In this document: positions 43,072 to 51,657 of the stretch, in pieces
How positions within the stretch are numbered: the first letter of the stretch is position 1
Layout: each line of letters opens with the position of its first letter
Origin: Verrucomicrobiia bacterium
GTDB lineage: Bacteria > Desulfobacterota > Binatia > UBA9968
Length of the DNA stretch: 64,000 nucleotides
Direction of reading: 5' to 3'
NCBI GenBank assembly: GCA_035495775.1
Contig: DATJFG010000186.1
Location: 13,791 to 77,790 of the forward strand
Translations under genes and position numbers: made by a program
Notes under the pieces: generated by a model
The model's database searches: none
Told to the model about the DNA's origin: nothing
What the model saw: the letters and a program-made list of their open reading frames with translations, nothing else

Positions 43072-44975
43072 GCCGCCCGGAGAACGACGCTGCGGTCTTC
43101 GCCATCCAGGAAAATGCGCTGCCACATCTCGAGGTTGATCAAAAGCCAGAGCCGGTCTCCGTGCTCCCGTGCGCCGCTGCGATGCTCCTCGGCGAGCCGT
43201 TGGACCGCCGCGCGCTGGAATAGCCGCCGCTCGATGGTACGGGAGCCCAAAACGAATTCCTCGACGATCGGCCAGAACGGTCCGCGCAGCCACTTTCCCA
43301 TCGGGACAGGAAAACCCATCTTGCTGCGGGTGAGGATCTCCTTCGGTACGATATCCTTCACCGCTTCGCGCAGCACGGCCTTAGTCGTCAAGCCTCGGAC
43401 TTTGAAACGACTCGGTAAGCGCACGATATGCTCGACGAATTTGTGATCGAGAAAAGGAACGCGGCTTTCGATGGAGGCCGCCATACTCATCTGGTCTTGC
43501 TTCATGAGCAGCTCGACAAGATACGTTTGCAGGTCCGCTCGACTCATCCGCTCGAGAGTGTCGCCGTCGATCTCGTCGTAGCAGCGGAGGCATTCTGCGT
43601 ACGCGTCGGTCCGTACGAGATCGCGGTCGGCCAGCAGTCCGGCGCGAAGACGGTCTGGAAAGACCGCGAAGTTCTCGTAATAAAGACCTCGAGCACCGGG
43701 GTCGAGCGCAAGGAAGCTTCTTTCCGCATACCGCCTAAGCCGCCGCGGTAAGCGCCGTGTCAGCTCTTTCGCTTTGACGCGTAGCGTTTCCGGGACTACT
43801 GGAAAATACAGAGAGCCCATTCGCTCATTCCACGCTGTCGCGCGATACCACGGATAGCCCAAAAACAGCTCGTCAGAGCCTTCACCGGTCAATACGACCT
43901 TAACGTGGTCGCGCGCCAGTTGAGATACGAAGTTCAGCGGGATGCTCGAAGTAAAGGCGATCGGCTCGTCCTCGTGCCAGATGAGGTTTGGCAGCGCGCC
44001 GAAAAATTGCTGAGGAGAAACCACGATCTCGCGGTGTTCCGCATGGACGGCGCTTGCAACCAGACGCGCGTAATTGAGCTCGTTCGCTTCCGCTTCGGCG
44101 AAGCCGACGGAAAACGAACGGATTCGCTCCTTCACCAAAGGAGCCATGAGCGCCGCCAACGCGCTGGAATCGAGGCCGCCGGAGAGAAACAATCCCAGCG
44201 GCACATCACTCATGAGATGGCTCCGTACCACCGAGGAGAGGTGCTGGCGCACCTCCACGGCGCCCGCTTCGAGGGAGGCCGAGTTGCTATTGTCGGCCAA
44301 CGGCAGCTCCCAATATCGCCGCTGGCGGATGCCATGCTCGAGGGACCAAGATAGCGTGCGACCGGGGAGAAGCTTCTTGATACCGTCAAAAAAGGTGTCC
44401 TCACCTGCGACGAACCGTGTCGCGAGAAATTCCGGTAGGATCGCTTCGTTAAACGAAGGCTGGACGGAACCGCCGGTTAAAATTGCTTTTATCTCCGAGG
44501 CGAAGACGATCTCGTCTTTTGTGATCGCATAATAGAGCGGCTTGATGCCGAGGCGATCGCGCGCGAGAAGAAGCCGGCCGCGGTTTTTGTCCCATAGGGC
44601 GAAGGCGAACATCCCTTCGAGCAGCTCCACGCAGCGATCACCTTCTTCTTCGTAAAGGTGAATGATGGTTTCGGTGTCGCTCCGGCTGGCGTAGCGATGG
44701 CCGCGCGCTTCGAGATCGGGCCGCAGAGCGGCATGGTTGTAAATTTCGCCATTATAGGTGATCCAAACCGATCCGTCTTCGTTCGTCATCGGCTGATGGC
44801 CGCCTGCGACATCGACGATCGACAACCGTCGATGGCCGAGTCCTACACGCCCGTCGACCCACAGGCCGGCGCCGTCCGGGCCGCGGTGACGCAGGACGTC
44901 ACGCATGCGTTTGAGCCGGGGCTCGTCCACCTGACTTTGCGGATTTAATTTGATAATGCCAACGATACCGCACAT
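43068..44975 (-). CDS. asparagine synthase (glutamine-hydrolysing)-family amidotransferase, EPS-locus type (copy 1)
   Basis: MCGIVG Ntn nucleophile, GHQPM, SGGLDSS PP-loop. 635 aa. Confidence 0.9.
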   Translation of the reverse strand: MCGIVGIIKLNPQSQVDEPRLKRMRDVLRHRGPDGAGLWVDGRVGLGHRRLSIVDVAGGHQPMTNEDGSVWITYNGEIYNHAALRPDLEARGHRYASRSDTETIIHLYEEEGDRCVELLEGMFAFALWDKNRGRLLLARDRLGIKPLYYAITKDEIVFASEIKAILTGGSVQPSFNEAILPEFLATRFVAGEDTFFDGIKKLLPGRTLSWSLEHGIRQRRYWELPLADNSNSASLEAGAVEVRQHLSSVVRSHLMSDVPLGLFLSGGLDSSALAALMAPLVKERIRSFSVGFAEAEANELNYARLVASAVHAEHREIVVSPQQFFGALPNLIWHEDEPIAFTSSIPLNFVSQLARDHVKVVLTGEGSDELFLGYPWYRATAWNERMGSLYFPVVPETLRVKAKELTRRLPRRLRRYAERSFLALDPGARGLYYENFAVFPDRLRAGLLADRDLVRTDAYAECLRCYDEIDGDTLERMSRADLQTYLVELLMKQDQMSMAASIESRVPFLDHKFVEHIVRLPSRFKVRGLTTKAVLREAVKDIVPKEILTRSKMGFPVPMGKWLRGPFWPIVEEFVLGSRTIERRLFQRAAVQRLAEEHRSGAREHGDRLWLLINLEMWQRIFLDGEDRSVVLRAA

Positions 44976-44988
44976 CGACCGCTACCTC

Positions 44989-45999
44989 CTAATTCGCCAT
45001 AATGCGGGTTGCGTAAAGACTTTCGACCGATGCTTGGAGCCGCGGCGCGAGGGCATTGGTATAACGTGTGGCGCCGGAATCGTTCATATGAAAGCCGTCG
45101 GGCCCGAAATCTTTGCGCCCGATGCTTTCCGGCGGCAGCGCGATGATGACGGGGACGCCCGCGGCTGCGCCAGCGGCCGTGAGGACGTCCACATACGCTT
45201 CATGCGTGAGCGGCGGTGCAAGGAAAATCAACCGGACATCGTATTCGGCCGCGGTGCGCTTGAGTGCCGCAAGTCGCGGCATCAGGGATTGAAGGTCTAC
45301 TTCGCCCAACGGCTTGGGCGCTGTCTGGGTCATAAGATCCATAAGGTCGTGGACGCCGGGAAAGATTTTTGCCAGGAGCCATTTTCTAATGTCGGCGCGG
45401 CCGGCGTAGAACGCGCTGACATGGCCGAATAGCAGATTGCTCGTGGACGTCCGATCGAGTTCGAGGTCGCGTGCTACGGCTGCTAGATCACCGGCGCTCA
45501 TCAAATTATACGCGAAATATTCTCCGAGGACTTCCGACATCGCGAGCTGGCGGACCGTCAAGGCCAGCACCAAGACGTCGGGATGCGCGCCGTCATGGAA
45601 GATTCGCCGCAATCCGTAGAGCCAATCGAAATAGGTAGTTTGTTCCACGGCGAACCGTTTTACCTCGATATCGGTGGGCAGTATTTCTTTCAGGAGCGGC
45701 AGATCGACGGCCGCAAGGAGCAATGAATTGCCTGCGAGCAACACCTGTGTACGCCCACGGTCATGGGTCTGGCGCATGCGCAGGACCGACAGATATTCTT
45801 CTCGGATGCGGCGCTGGACTTTGCTCACGCGATGGAACCCATAGCTGCTCACGAATTCGACCATGATGAGAAAAGAAAAGATCACCAACAGCAACACCGA
45901 AATCCAAAACGGAGATCCCGCGGCCGGTATAGCGGGCGCGATCGCCTCGACGCGTTCGAGTGATTCGACTTGGCTGGAATCGGGAGCCGGTGACCCCAT
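44989..45999 (-). CDS. membrane-anchored SGNH/DltD-like partner of the MBOAT (tentative)
   Basis: GGAGGAG RBS and an N-terminal TM. LLAGNSLL sits where a GDS block would be and DGFHMND where a DxxH block would be. Immediately downstream of the MBOAT gene. Confidence 0.45.
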   Translation of the reverse strand: MGSPAPDSSQVESLERVEAIAPAIPAAGSPFWISVLLLVIFSFLIMVEFVSSYGFHRVSKVQRRIREEYLSVLRMRQTHDRGRTQVLLAGNSLLLAAVDLPLLKEILPTDIEVKRFAVEQTTYFDWLYGLRRIFHDGAHPDVLVLALTVRQLAMSEVLGEYFAYNLMSAGDLAAVARDLELDRTSTSNLLFGHVSAFYAGRADIRKWLLAKIFPGVHDLMDLMTQTAPKPLGEVDLQSLMPRLAALKRTAAEYDVRLIFLAPPLTHEAYVDVLTAAGAAAGVPVIIALPPESIGRKDFGPDGFHMNDSGATRYTNALAPRLQASVESLYATRIMAN

Positions 46000-46031
46000 G
46001 GACGCTCCTCCTTCAGATGATCAGCCGACGA

Positions 46032-47447
46032 TTAGAACTGAAAATAGATGAAGGCGTTGATCTGATTTGCGGATAAAAGTGTCACGGCGGCAAGGAATCC
46101 AAACGCGACGGCCACACGATAGGGCTCTAAGGCGACTGCCAAAGGATATTCTTCACGCCGATGTTCGAGAAATAGATCGATGAGAAATAGCGGAATCGTG
46201 AAAAACGCCAGCAACGAAAAAGCCGTCAGGAATTCCGACCTCCAGGCGAGCGTTTTGAGGCCCGAGAGAAAGTGCAGCGCCTCGCCGATGCTCGCCGCTC
46301 TGAAGAAGACCCAGGTAAGGCAGACCAGATGGAACGTCACGATGCGTTGCGCCCAAACCTGCAACGCCGATACCTTTTCTTTCGCGTCGAAGTCATCGAT
46401 ACCCAACGCGCGTCCGGCACTCAGCGCAAAGCCGTGCAAAGCGCCCCAGACGACGAATGTCCAGTTGGCTCCGTGCCACAGTCCGCCGAGCAACATGGTC
46501 GCGAGCAGGTTGCGCTGGGTCTTTAACTCGCCGTCGCGACTGCCGCCGAGCGGGATATACAAATAATCTCGAAGCCACGTGCTGAGGCTTACATGCCACC
46601 GGCGCCAGAAGTCCTTGAGGCTCGTCGCCAGGTAAGGTTGGCGGAAGTTCACCATGAAGTGGAAGCCCAGCAGCTGCGCGCTGCCGCGCGCGATATCTGA
46701 ATATCCACTAAAGTCCCCGTAGATCTGCCACGCGAACGCGTACGTGCCGAGCGTGATGACGGCGAGGCTGGGCGGACCGAGCTGTCCGCCGAAGGCGGCG
46801 TTGGCGATCAGCGCGCAGTTGTCCGCCACGACGCATTTGCGAAAAAGGCCCGACAAGATGAGCACGATGCCGTCGAAGAAAGCATCAGGCCGGAAAATCC
46901 GCGGTGCGTGGACCTGAGGCAGCAGGTGAGACGGCCGCTGGATCGGACCGGCCACGAGATGGGGGAAGAGGCTGATGAACAACGCATAATCGAGTAAGGA
47001 CTCCGACGGCTTCAGCCGGCCATGGTAAACGTCAACGATATACGCAATCTCCTGGAAAGTATAAAACGAGATCCCCGGCGGAAGAAGGATTCTAAGGGCC
47101 ACCATCGGCACGTCATTGAAGCCGAGCCCCTGCAGGGCGGCCGAAAGGGAATCGGCAAAGAAGTTGAAGTATTTGAAGACGCCGAGGAACGTGAGATTAA
47201 CCGTAATGGAGAACGCGAGCAGTAGGCGCCGTCGGCGCGCGTCGTCCGAATCATGGATGGCACGAGCGCAATAATAATCGACTGTGGTCGAGACGGCGAT
47301 CAGGGTCAAAAACCGCGCGTCCCACCAGCCGTAAAAGGCATAGCTCGCGGCAAGCAGCAGAATGTTTTGGCGGCGGTGCGTGAGCGACCAATAAAGTAGC
47401 ACGACGATGCAAAGAAAGGCGAAATATACTGGTGTGTCGAAAAGCAC
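46032..47447 (-). CDS. MBOAT-family membrane O-acyltransferase (AlgI/DltB-like)
   Basis: MLFDTPVYFAFL.. N-terminus, RRWHVSLSTWLRDYLYIPLGG and the conserved-His region GGLWHGANWTFVVWGALHG. Confidence 0.9.
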   Translation of the reverse strand: MLFDTPVYFAFLCIVVLLYWSLTHRRQNILLLAASYAFYGWWDARFLTLIAVSTTVDYYCARAIHDSDDARRRRLLLAFSITVNLTFLGVFKYFNFFADSLSAALQGLGFNDVPMVALRILLPPGISFYTFQEIAYIVDVYHGRLKPSESLLDYALFISLFPHLVAGPIQRPSHLLPQVHAPRIFRPDAFFDGIVLILSGLFRKCVVADNCALIANAAFGGQLGPPSLAVITLGTYAFAWQIYGDFSGYSDIARGSAQLLGFHFMVNFRQPYLATSLKDFWRRWHVSLSTWLRDYLYIPLGGSRDGELKTQRNLLATMLLGGLWHGANWTFVVWGALHGFALSAGRALGIDDFDAKEKVSALQVWAQRIVTFHLVCLTWVFFRAASIGEALHFLSGLKTLAWRSEFLTAFSLLAFFTIPLFLIDLFLEHRREEYPLAVALEPYRVAVAFGFLAAVTLLSANQINAFIYFQF

Positions 47448-47450
47448 AGA

Positions 47451-49163
47451 TCAGCCTTCCTTGAAAGAAAATGCCGCCAGCCGTTCTCGGTTGTGTTGTG
47501 TGGGCGGCAGTAAAAAAAAGCCATTTTCGCCGCCAACCGACTGTCCGGTTTCGAGTGTCAAAAAAAATTGGTGGACATCGTGCCATGATACCCTCGGGTC
47601 GTCTCCCTCCACCCAGCCGAAATCGAAGCTCGGGCGGGGAGAAAACGCTTCTTTCGACACCCACATATCGCCCCCGCGGCGCCAAACGGCGATCGTCTGT
47701 GCGGCAAACATCTCGCGCCAACGCGGCGCATCGGGGCCGTTTCTGTTGAGGATGTCGAAAACGATCGGAACTTCGCCGCGAGGTTGCGATAAAATTCCCG
47801 TGAGATTGATTGGGTTGAAAGGATAGTTCCAGTAAAATGCATTTAAATCGTCGAGTGTGAGCACCGTTGCGATCCGGCTGTGAGGTTTCCAGATGAGCTG
47901 GATTTCGCCGAGACGTAAGATCGCAGCCGTTTGGCGGCTTTCCGCAGCGGCTTTGCTCAACGCCGTGCCGTTGACAAAGATCAGAAGGAGCGCGAGTACT
48001 GCAACCGTGTGACGAACCCTGACTCTCCGCGCCGTTTCAGAAAGTAGACAGGTAAAAGAAAGAAACAGAGCCGGATACAACGGCAAATAGCGCTCCATGT
48101 CCCCGCCTTGCCAGAACCATGCGAAGACGATGACAGGGAATCCACTGACTACAAGGAACGCGAAAAAACGCCGGCCTTGGCGCGAACGGACCAAGGCGCC
48201 TAGCGAGAGCATCAATAGTAAGTAAAAAAGCAGGAATTTTCCTAGACTCACCCGCATCAGATCAAATAAGGAGACGGGGTTGTAAGCGTCATGAAGCAGA
48301 AAGCGTTTGTAAAGCACTCCGTCGTTGGCCATGTTGATAAATGAGCGCGGAAACCCGAAAACCATACGAGCGAAACCGCCGCTCGTGATCCCATGACTCG
48401 ATTCCGACATCCAGACGATAAATCCGTAAGGATCGTAAATACCTTGCGCCATCGCGGCAAAACTATAAAATACAGCCGCCGTGATTGCCCAGACGAGAAA
48501 TGCGCATAGCACCCACCTCAAACGCCGTGCGTGCCAACCGAAAAGTAAAAGCGTTGAGCCCAAGGCTCCGGGCACGGCCAGGACGTAGGGGAACCATAAG
48601 CCTATAGAGATAGTAAAGGCGATCCCTGAACCGATCGCGCAAGCGAAGTTGTAAACTCCCGTTGCTTCCTGACGGAACACGAGCCACAGGCCAGCCAGAA
48701 AAAAGGCCAAGCCAGGAATATAGGAGCACCCAGTGTGGACGAAGTTGAGAAAAGTCTGTGAGAATACAAAAATAGTTGTGACTAAAAATCCAACCCAAAC
48801 TTGCTGGCTGAGTCGCAAAGATAAATCGTAAAGCACAACAACGCAGATGAGGCCGGAAACCCAATTGATCGCGATGAGCGCGGCAATTAATGTGCCGCGG
48901 TCATTGAGACCCTTCGTCACACTATCGATGACATGCCAAATGAGAGAACCTGAGAGGAGCCAGAGAAGATGGCCAAAGTTCGGCGCCATCGCATTGATGA
49001 TCAAGTTCGAGTAATGCACCGTATCGCCCATGAAAAACGCATCGGTGAAATAAGTTGCGCCGACATAGCAGATAATGGCGGGCAGATAAAAACGAAGCGC
49101 CCCAGAGAGGCGTGCGGCGCAGGAGATCGAGGCCGAGTAGGCGAGTGTGCGTGAGATTTCCAT
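47451..49163 (-). CDS. ~12-TM membrane protein with a ~190-aa C-terminal soluble domain, unknown function (Wzy-like polymerase or GT-C candidate)
   Basis: Hydropathy read by eye. The track start is a TTG at 49250 with an Arg-rich extension; the first ATG is at 49163. Stop is 3 nt before the MBOAT GTG start. Confidence 0.55.
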   Translation of the reverse strand: MEISRTLAYSASISCAARLSGALRFYLPAIICYVGATYFTDAFFMGDTVHYSNLIINAMAPNFGHLLWLLSGSLIWHVIDSVTKGLNDRGTLIAALIAINWVSGLICVVVLYDLSLRLSQQVWVGFLVTTIFVFSQTFLNFVHTGCSYIPGLAFFLAGLWLVFRQEATGVYNFACAIGSGIAFTISIGLWFPYVLAVPGALGSTLLLFGWHARRLRWVLCAFLVWAITAAVFYSFAAMAQGIYDPYGFIVWMSESSHGITSGGFARMVFGFPRSFINMANDGVLYKRFLLHDAYNPVSLFDLMRVSLGKFLLFYLLLMLSLGALVRSRQGRRFFAFLVVSGFPVIVFAWFWQGGDMERYLPLYPALFLSFTCLLSETARRVRVRHTVAVLALLLIFVNGTALSKAAAESRQTAAILRLGEIQLIWKPHSRIATVLTLDDLNAFYWNYPFNPINLTGILSQPRGEVPIVFDILNRNGPDAPRWREMFAAQTIAVWRRGGDMWVSKEAFSPRPSFDFGWVEGDDPRVSWHDVHQFFLTLETGQSVGGENGFFLLPPTQHNRERLAAFSFKEG

Positions 49164-49266
49164 GCGGATTCTTGTGATGACTGAGAAGATTTTGGGGCTC
49201 GACCGGGCGCGTTTGCCGGTCGCACTTATTGAAGCGCGGCGGCGGCGCAACCGATGCGGATCGCGA

Positions 49267-51507
49267 TCAATTCATCGAGTCTGTCCTTCGAATGGCGACT
49301 TCGTTCTCGTGGATCATTACGGTTTCTCCGTTGCGAATAAAACTTAGGCCCGAAGGACCAATGGGATCGCTCAAGATAGGCAAAATATCGGGAGGCTGGG
49401 CCGAGGCATCTGCAAAGGGAATGACGACGGTCATGACTCTGGATGGTAGCCTTGTATGCATCGAACAGATCAGGACCGGCGCGGGGACCCGCCGCCCATA
49501 CTCAGGAGAGTGCCAGCCTTGTATCGGCGCGACGCCTCCTCTCACAAGCTCTAAACGATAAGGCACGTTCGCAAAGTGTCGGAGCAGCAAAGCATGACCC
49601 TGATGGCCGCGCGCTCTCACCCAACGGCCATCTTCGATGTCGACTGGGAACGGAGCGAATTGAAAGCGAATATCCACGCGGTGCTCGGCCGAGCCCAGAA
49701 GATCGTCGACGACGATCCAATAGCTCTGCTTGACGAAAACGATGCGCCGCCGGTGCACCACCGGATCCAAGAGACGCGTATACGCGTAATGTTCGGCATC
49801 GGCGAAATCGTAATCGTCGGCCGATAACCACCGTCGGAGCCGCGCGCCGGGATGGTCTTTCCATTTGAAGGGTCCGGAGGAGAGCGCTTGGCTCTCGCCA
49901 TCGACGGCGACGGTGCTATGGGCGAGGCTGCCGCGGAAAAAGTCGCGCCAGGCGGGCTCAGACGTATAACAATAGGTTCCCGCGTCGACGAGGTACGGCT
50001 CGCCGAAAACCGAGCATTGAATGCTGAGAAGATCGGCATGGCCGTGGCCGCTCTTGGGCGAGCTGAGCGGCCCCGTATCGAAGATTAGCTGGTGCGCATC
50101 ACGCGCCCAGCCGCTCCGCATAACAACATAGCCGTCTGAAATGGAGCATGAGCGACCCGCCGGCGGTGTCGGTGCAATGCGCCGACAGTCTTTGTGCCGT
50201 GCCGCTCCGAGAAGCCAGAGGCTTTCCGATGCCGGCCCTTCAGCCGCCCAGGCGTAATCCGGCCGGTTGAAGAAGGCCGCGGCTACGGCAAACACGCCGC
50301 GCGCGTCGTTGCCATTCCGCCTATCGAATGGCAGCAGGCAACCGCCGTCGGCATCGCCGATATCAGGGAGCGAGCCGTCCGGACGCCTGAGGGTAACGAG
50401 GGCGTCGATCAGCCGCTCGATACGGTGCCCCACGGACTGCGGCAAAGCGATCTCGTTGCGCTTCGCCAGAATGAGAAAGTGGAGATAGATTTCCGCGGTG
50501 TAGCGCTGATAACAAATGGACTGCTCGAAGTAAACGCCGTCGGATAGAATCTGCCGGCCGCACTCGTCGATCAAGATGCGCGCGCCGAGCTCTCGCCAGC
50601 GCCGCGCGCCTTGGAGGTCGGCAAACAGCACCCCTGCATAGAAGAGTCCCAGGGCTTCTCCCGTGAGGTGGGTATTCGGCGCGAAATAATAGGAGAGGTA
50701 TTTCTCGACGCGCACTGCATGGTGCGAAACGCATTCAAGCATTCGGAGAAAAAGCTCGGGAGCGAGCGCCTCGGATCCGCGGAATAGAAACAGCGCCCAC
50801 GACCACGACACGATGCGCAGCGCCGTCTCGAGACTGCTTGTCCAGTGAATGCCGAGGCCGGGCGGGTTGGCGCGGACCCATTGCCGGAAATATTCGGCGG
50901 CACAGCGCGCGTACTTCTCCTCGCCAGTGAGTCGGTAGGCGATGCCAAGATACATCATCCACTGATGACGGCTAAGCTCCCAGACGATCTTACTGTCCCC
51001 GACCGCTGCGGCATCGAGCGGATCGATGCGGCTCCAATGCGCGAGAATACTTCGCCGTCCCGTTACGGGATCAAGCCGCCAGTCGATGGGATCGCCGAAA
51101 AAAAGTTTCTCGTACCCGAGTAGATCGAAGCGGCCGGCCAAAATCCGCTCGGCGGCGCCGATGATCCGCGCCGCCGTCTCCGGCATCTCGCCGTGTAAAA
51201 CTGTCGCCGCGCCATGTTCCGTCGCGCCTTCGAAAAAGCGGCTCGCTGCCGTCTCTTGAAACCGCTTCCACAACCGCTTCGCGATGGCGCCGAAATCGGA
51301 ATCTCCGCCCGGGAGTTTCGGGAGCGCCTCGCGCGTCAGCAGTTTGTTTAAGATGTCTTGCGGTTCGCTATGGGCGCTGCCATTCGCGCCGACGCGCTCG
51401 AGCCACTTGCTCGCTTCCTGCCGGCCGCGACAGGCGATTTCGGTCAGACTCATGGTCCTCAGGCGCTCAAGTTTTGTGGAAATCACTACGACTCCGCGCT
51501 CGACCAA
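49267..51507 (-). CDS. heparinase II/III-family protein (N-terminal alpha/alpha toroid + Hepar_II_III domain)
   Basis: GHGHADLLSIQCSVFGEPYLVDAGTYCY is the family signature. 746 aa. An alternative start at ATG 51453 (MSLTEIACRGRQE..) is plausible. Confidence 0.8.
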   Translation of the reverse strand: MVERGVVVISTKLERLRTMSLTEIACRGRQEASKWLERVGANGSAHSEPQDILNKLLTREALPKLPGGDSDFGAIAKRLWKRFQETAASRFFEGATEHGAATVLHGEMPETAARIIGAAERILAGRFDLLGYEKLFFGDPIDWRLDPVTGRRSILAHWSRIDPLDAAAVGDSKIVWELSRHQWMMYLGIAYRLTGEEKYARCAAEYFRQWVRANPPGLGIHWTSSLETALRIVSWSWALFLFRGSEALAPELFLRMLECVSHHAVRVEKYLSYYFAPNTHLTGEALGLFYAGVLFADLQGARRWRELGARILIDECGRQILSDGVYFEQSICYQRYTAEIYLHFLILAKRNEIALPQSVGHRIERLIDALVTLRRPDGSLPDIGDADGGCLLPFDRRNGNDARGVFAVAAAFFNRPDYAWAAEGPASESLWLLGAARHKDCRRIAPTPPAGRSCSISDGYVVMRSGWARDAHQLIFDTGPLSSPKSGHGHADLLSIQCSVFGEPYLVDAGTYCYTSEPAWRDFFRGSLAHSTVAVDGESQALSSGPFKWKDHPGARLRRWLSADDYDFADAEHYAYTRLLDPVVHRRRIVFVKQSYWIVVDDLLGSAEHRVDIRFQFAPFPVDIEDGRWVRARGHQGHALLLRHFANVPYRLELVRGGVAPIQGWHSPEYGRRVPAPVLICSMHTRLPSRVMTVVIPFADASAQPPDILPILSDPIGPSGLSFIRNGETVMIHENEVAIRRTDSMN

Positions 51508-51638
51508 TTCGGCTTTCCAGGGGCGAAACGCCTCGAGACGAACAGCCGCTCGAGGTGGCCGGACAAATTAAAAAAACCATTTTGCTCCGCCCGCTCGGCT
51601 TGGAATTTTAGCTCCTCCGCTGCGATCCGCATCCGCAT
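51486..51638 (-). CDS. possible 50-aa small protein in the only sizeable gap of the operon
   Basis: AGGAGG 6 nt upstream of ATG 51638. Product MRMRIAAEELKFQAERAEQNGFFNLSGHLERLFVSRRFAPGKPNWSSAES. Overlaps the heparinase-like ORF only if that gene starts at 51507. Confidence 0.25.
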   Translation of the reverse strand: MRMRIAAEELKFQAERAEQNGFFNLSGHLERLFVSRRFAPGKPNWSSAES

Positions 51639-51657
51639 TTCGCCCTCCTGAATCTCG

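Noticed and set aside
43072-43293. 74-aa Arg-rich N-terminal extension of the GT4 gene
   Set aside because: It overlaps the upstream amidotransferase gene. ATG 43071 forms an ATGA stop/start overlap, and the GT4 homology begins at MRILWLN.
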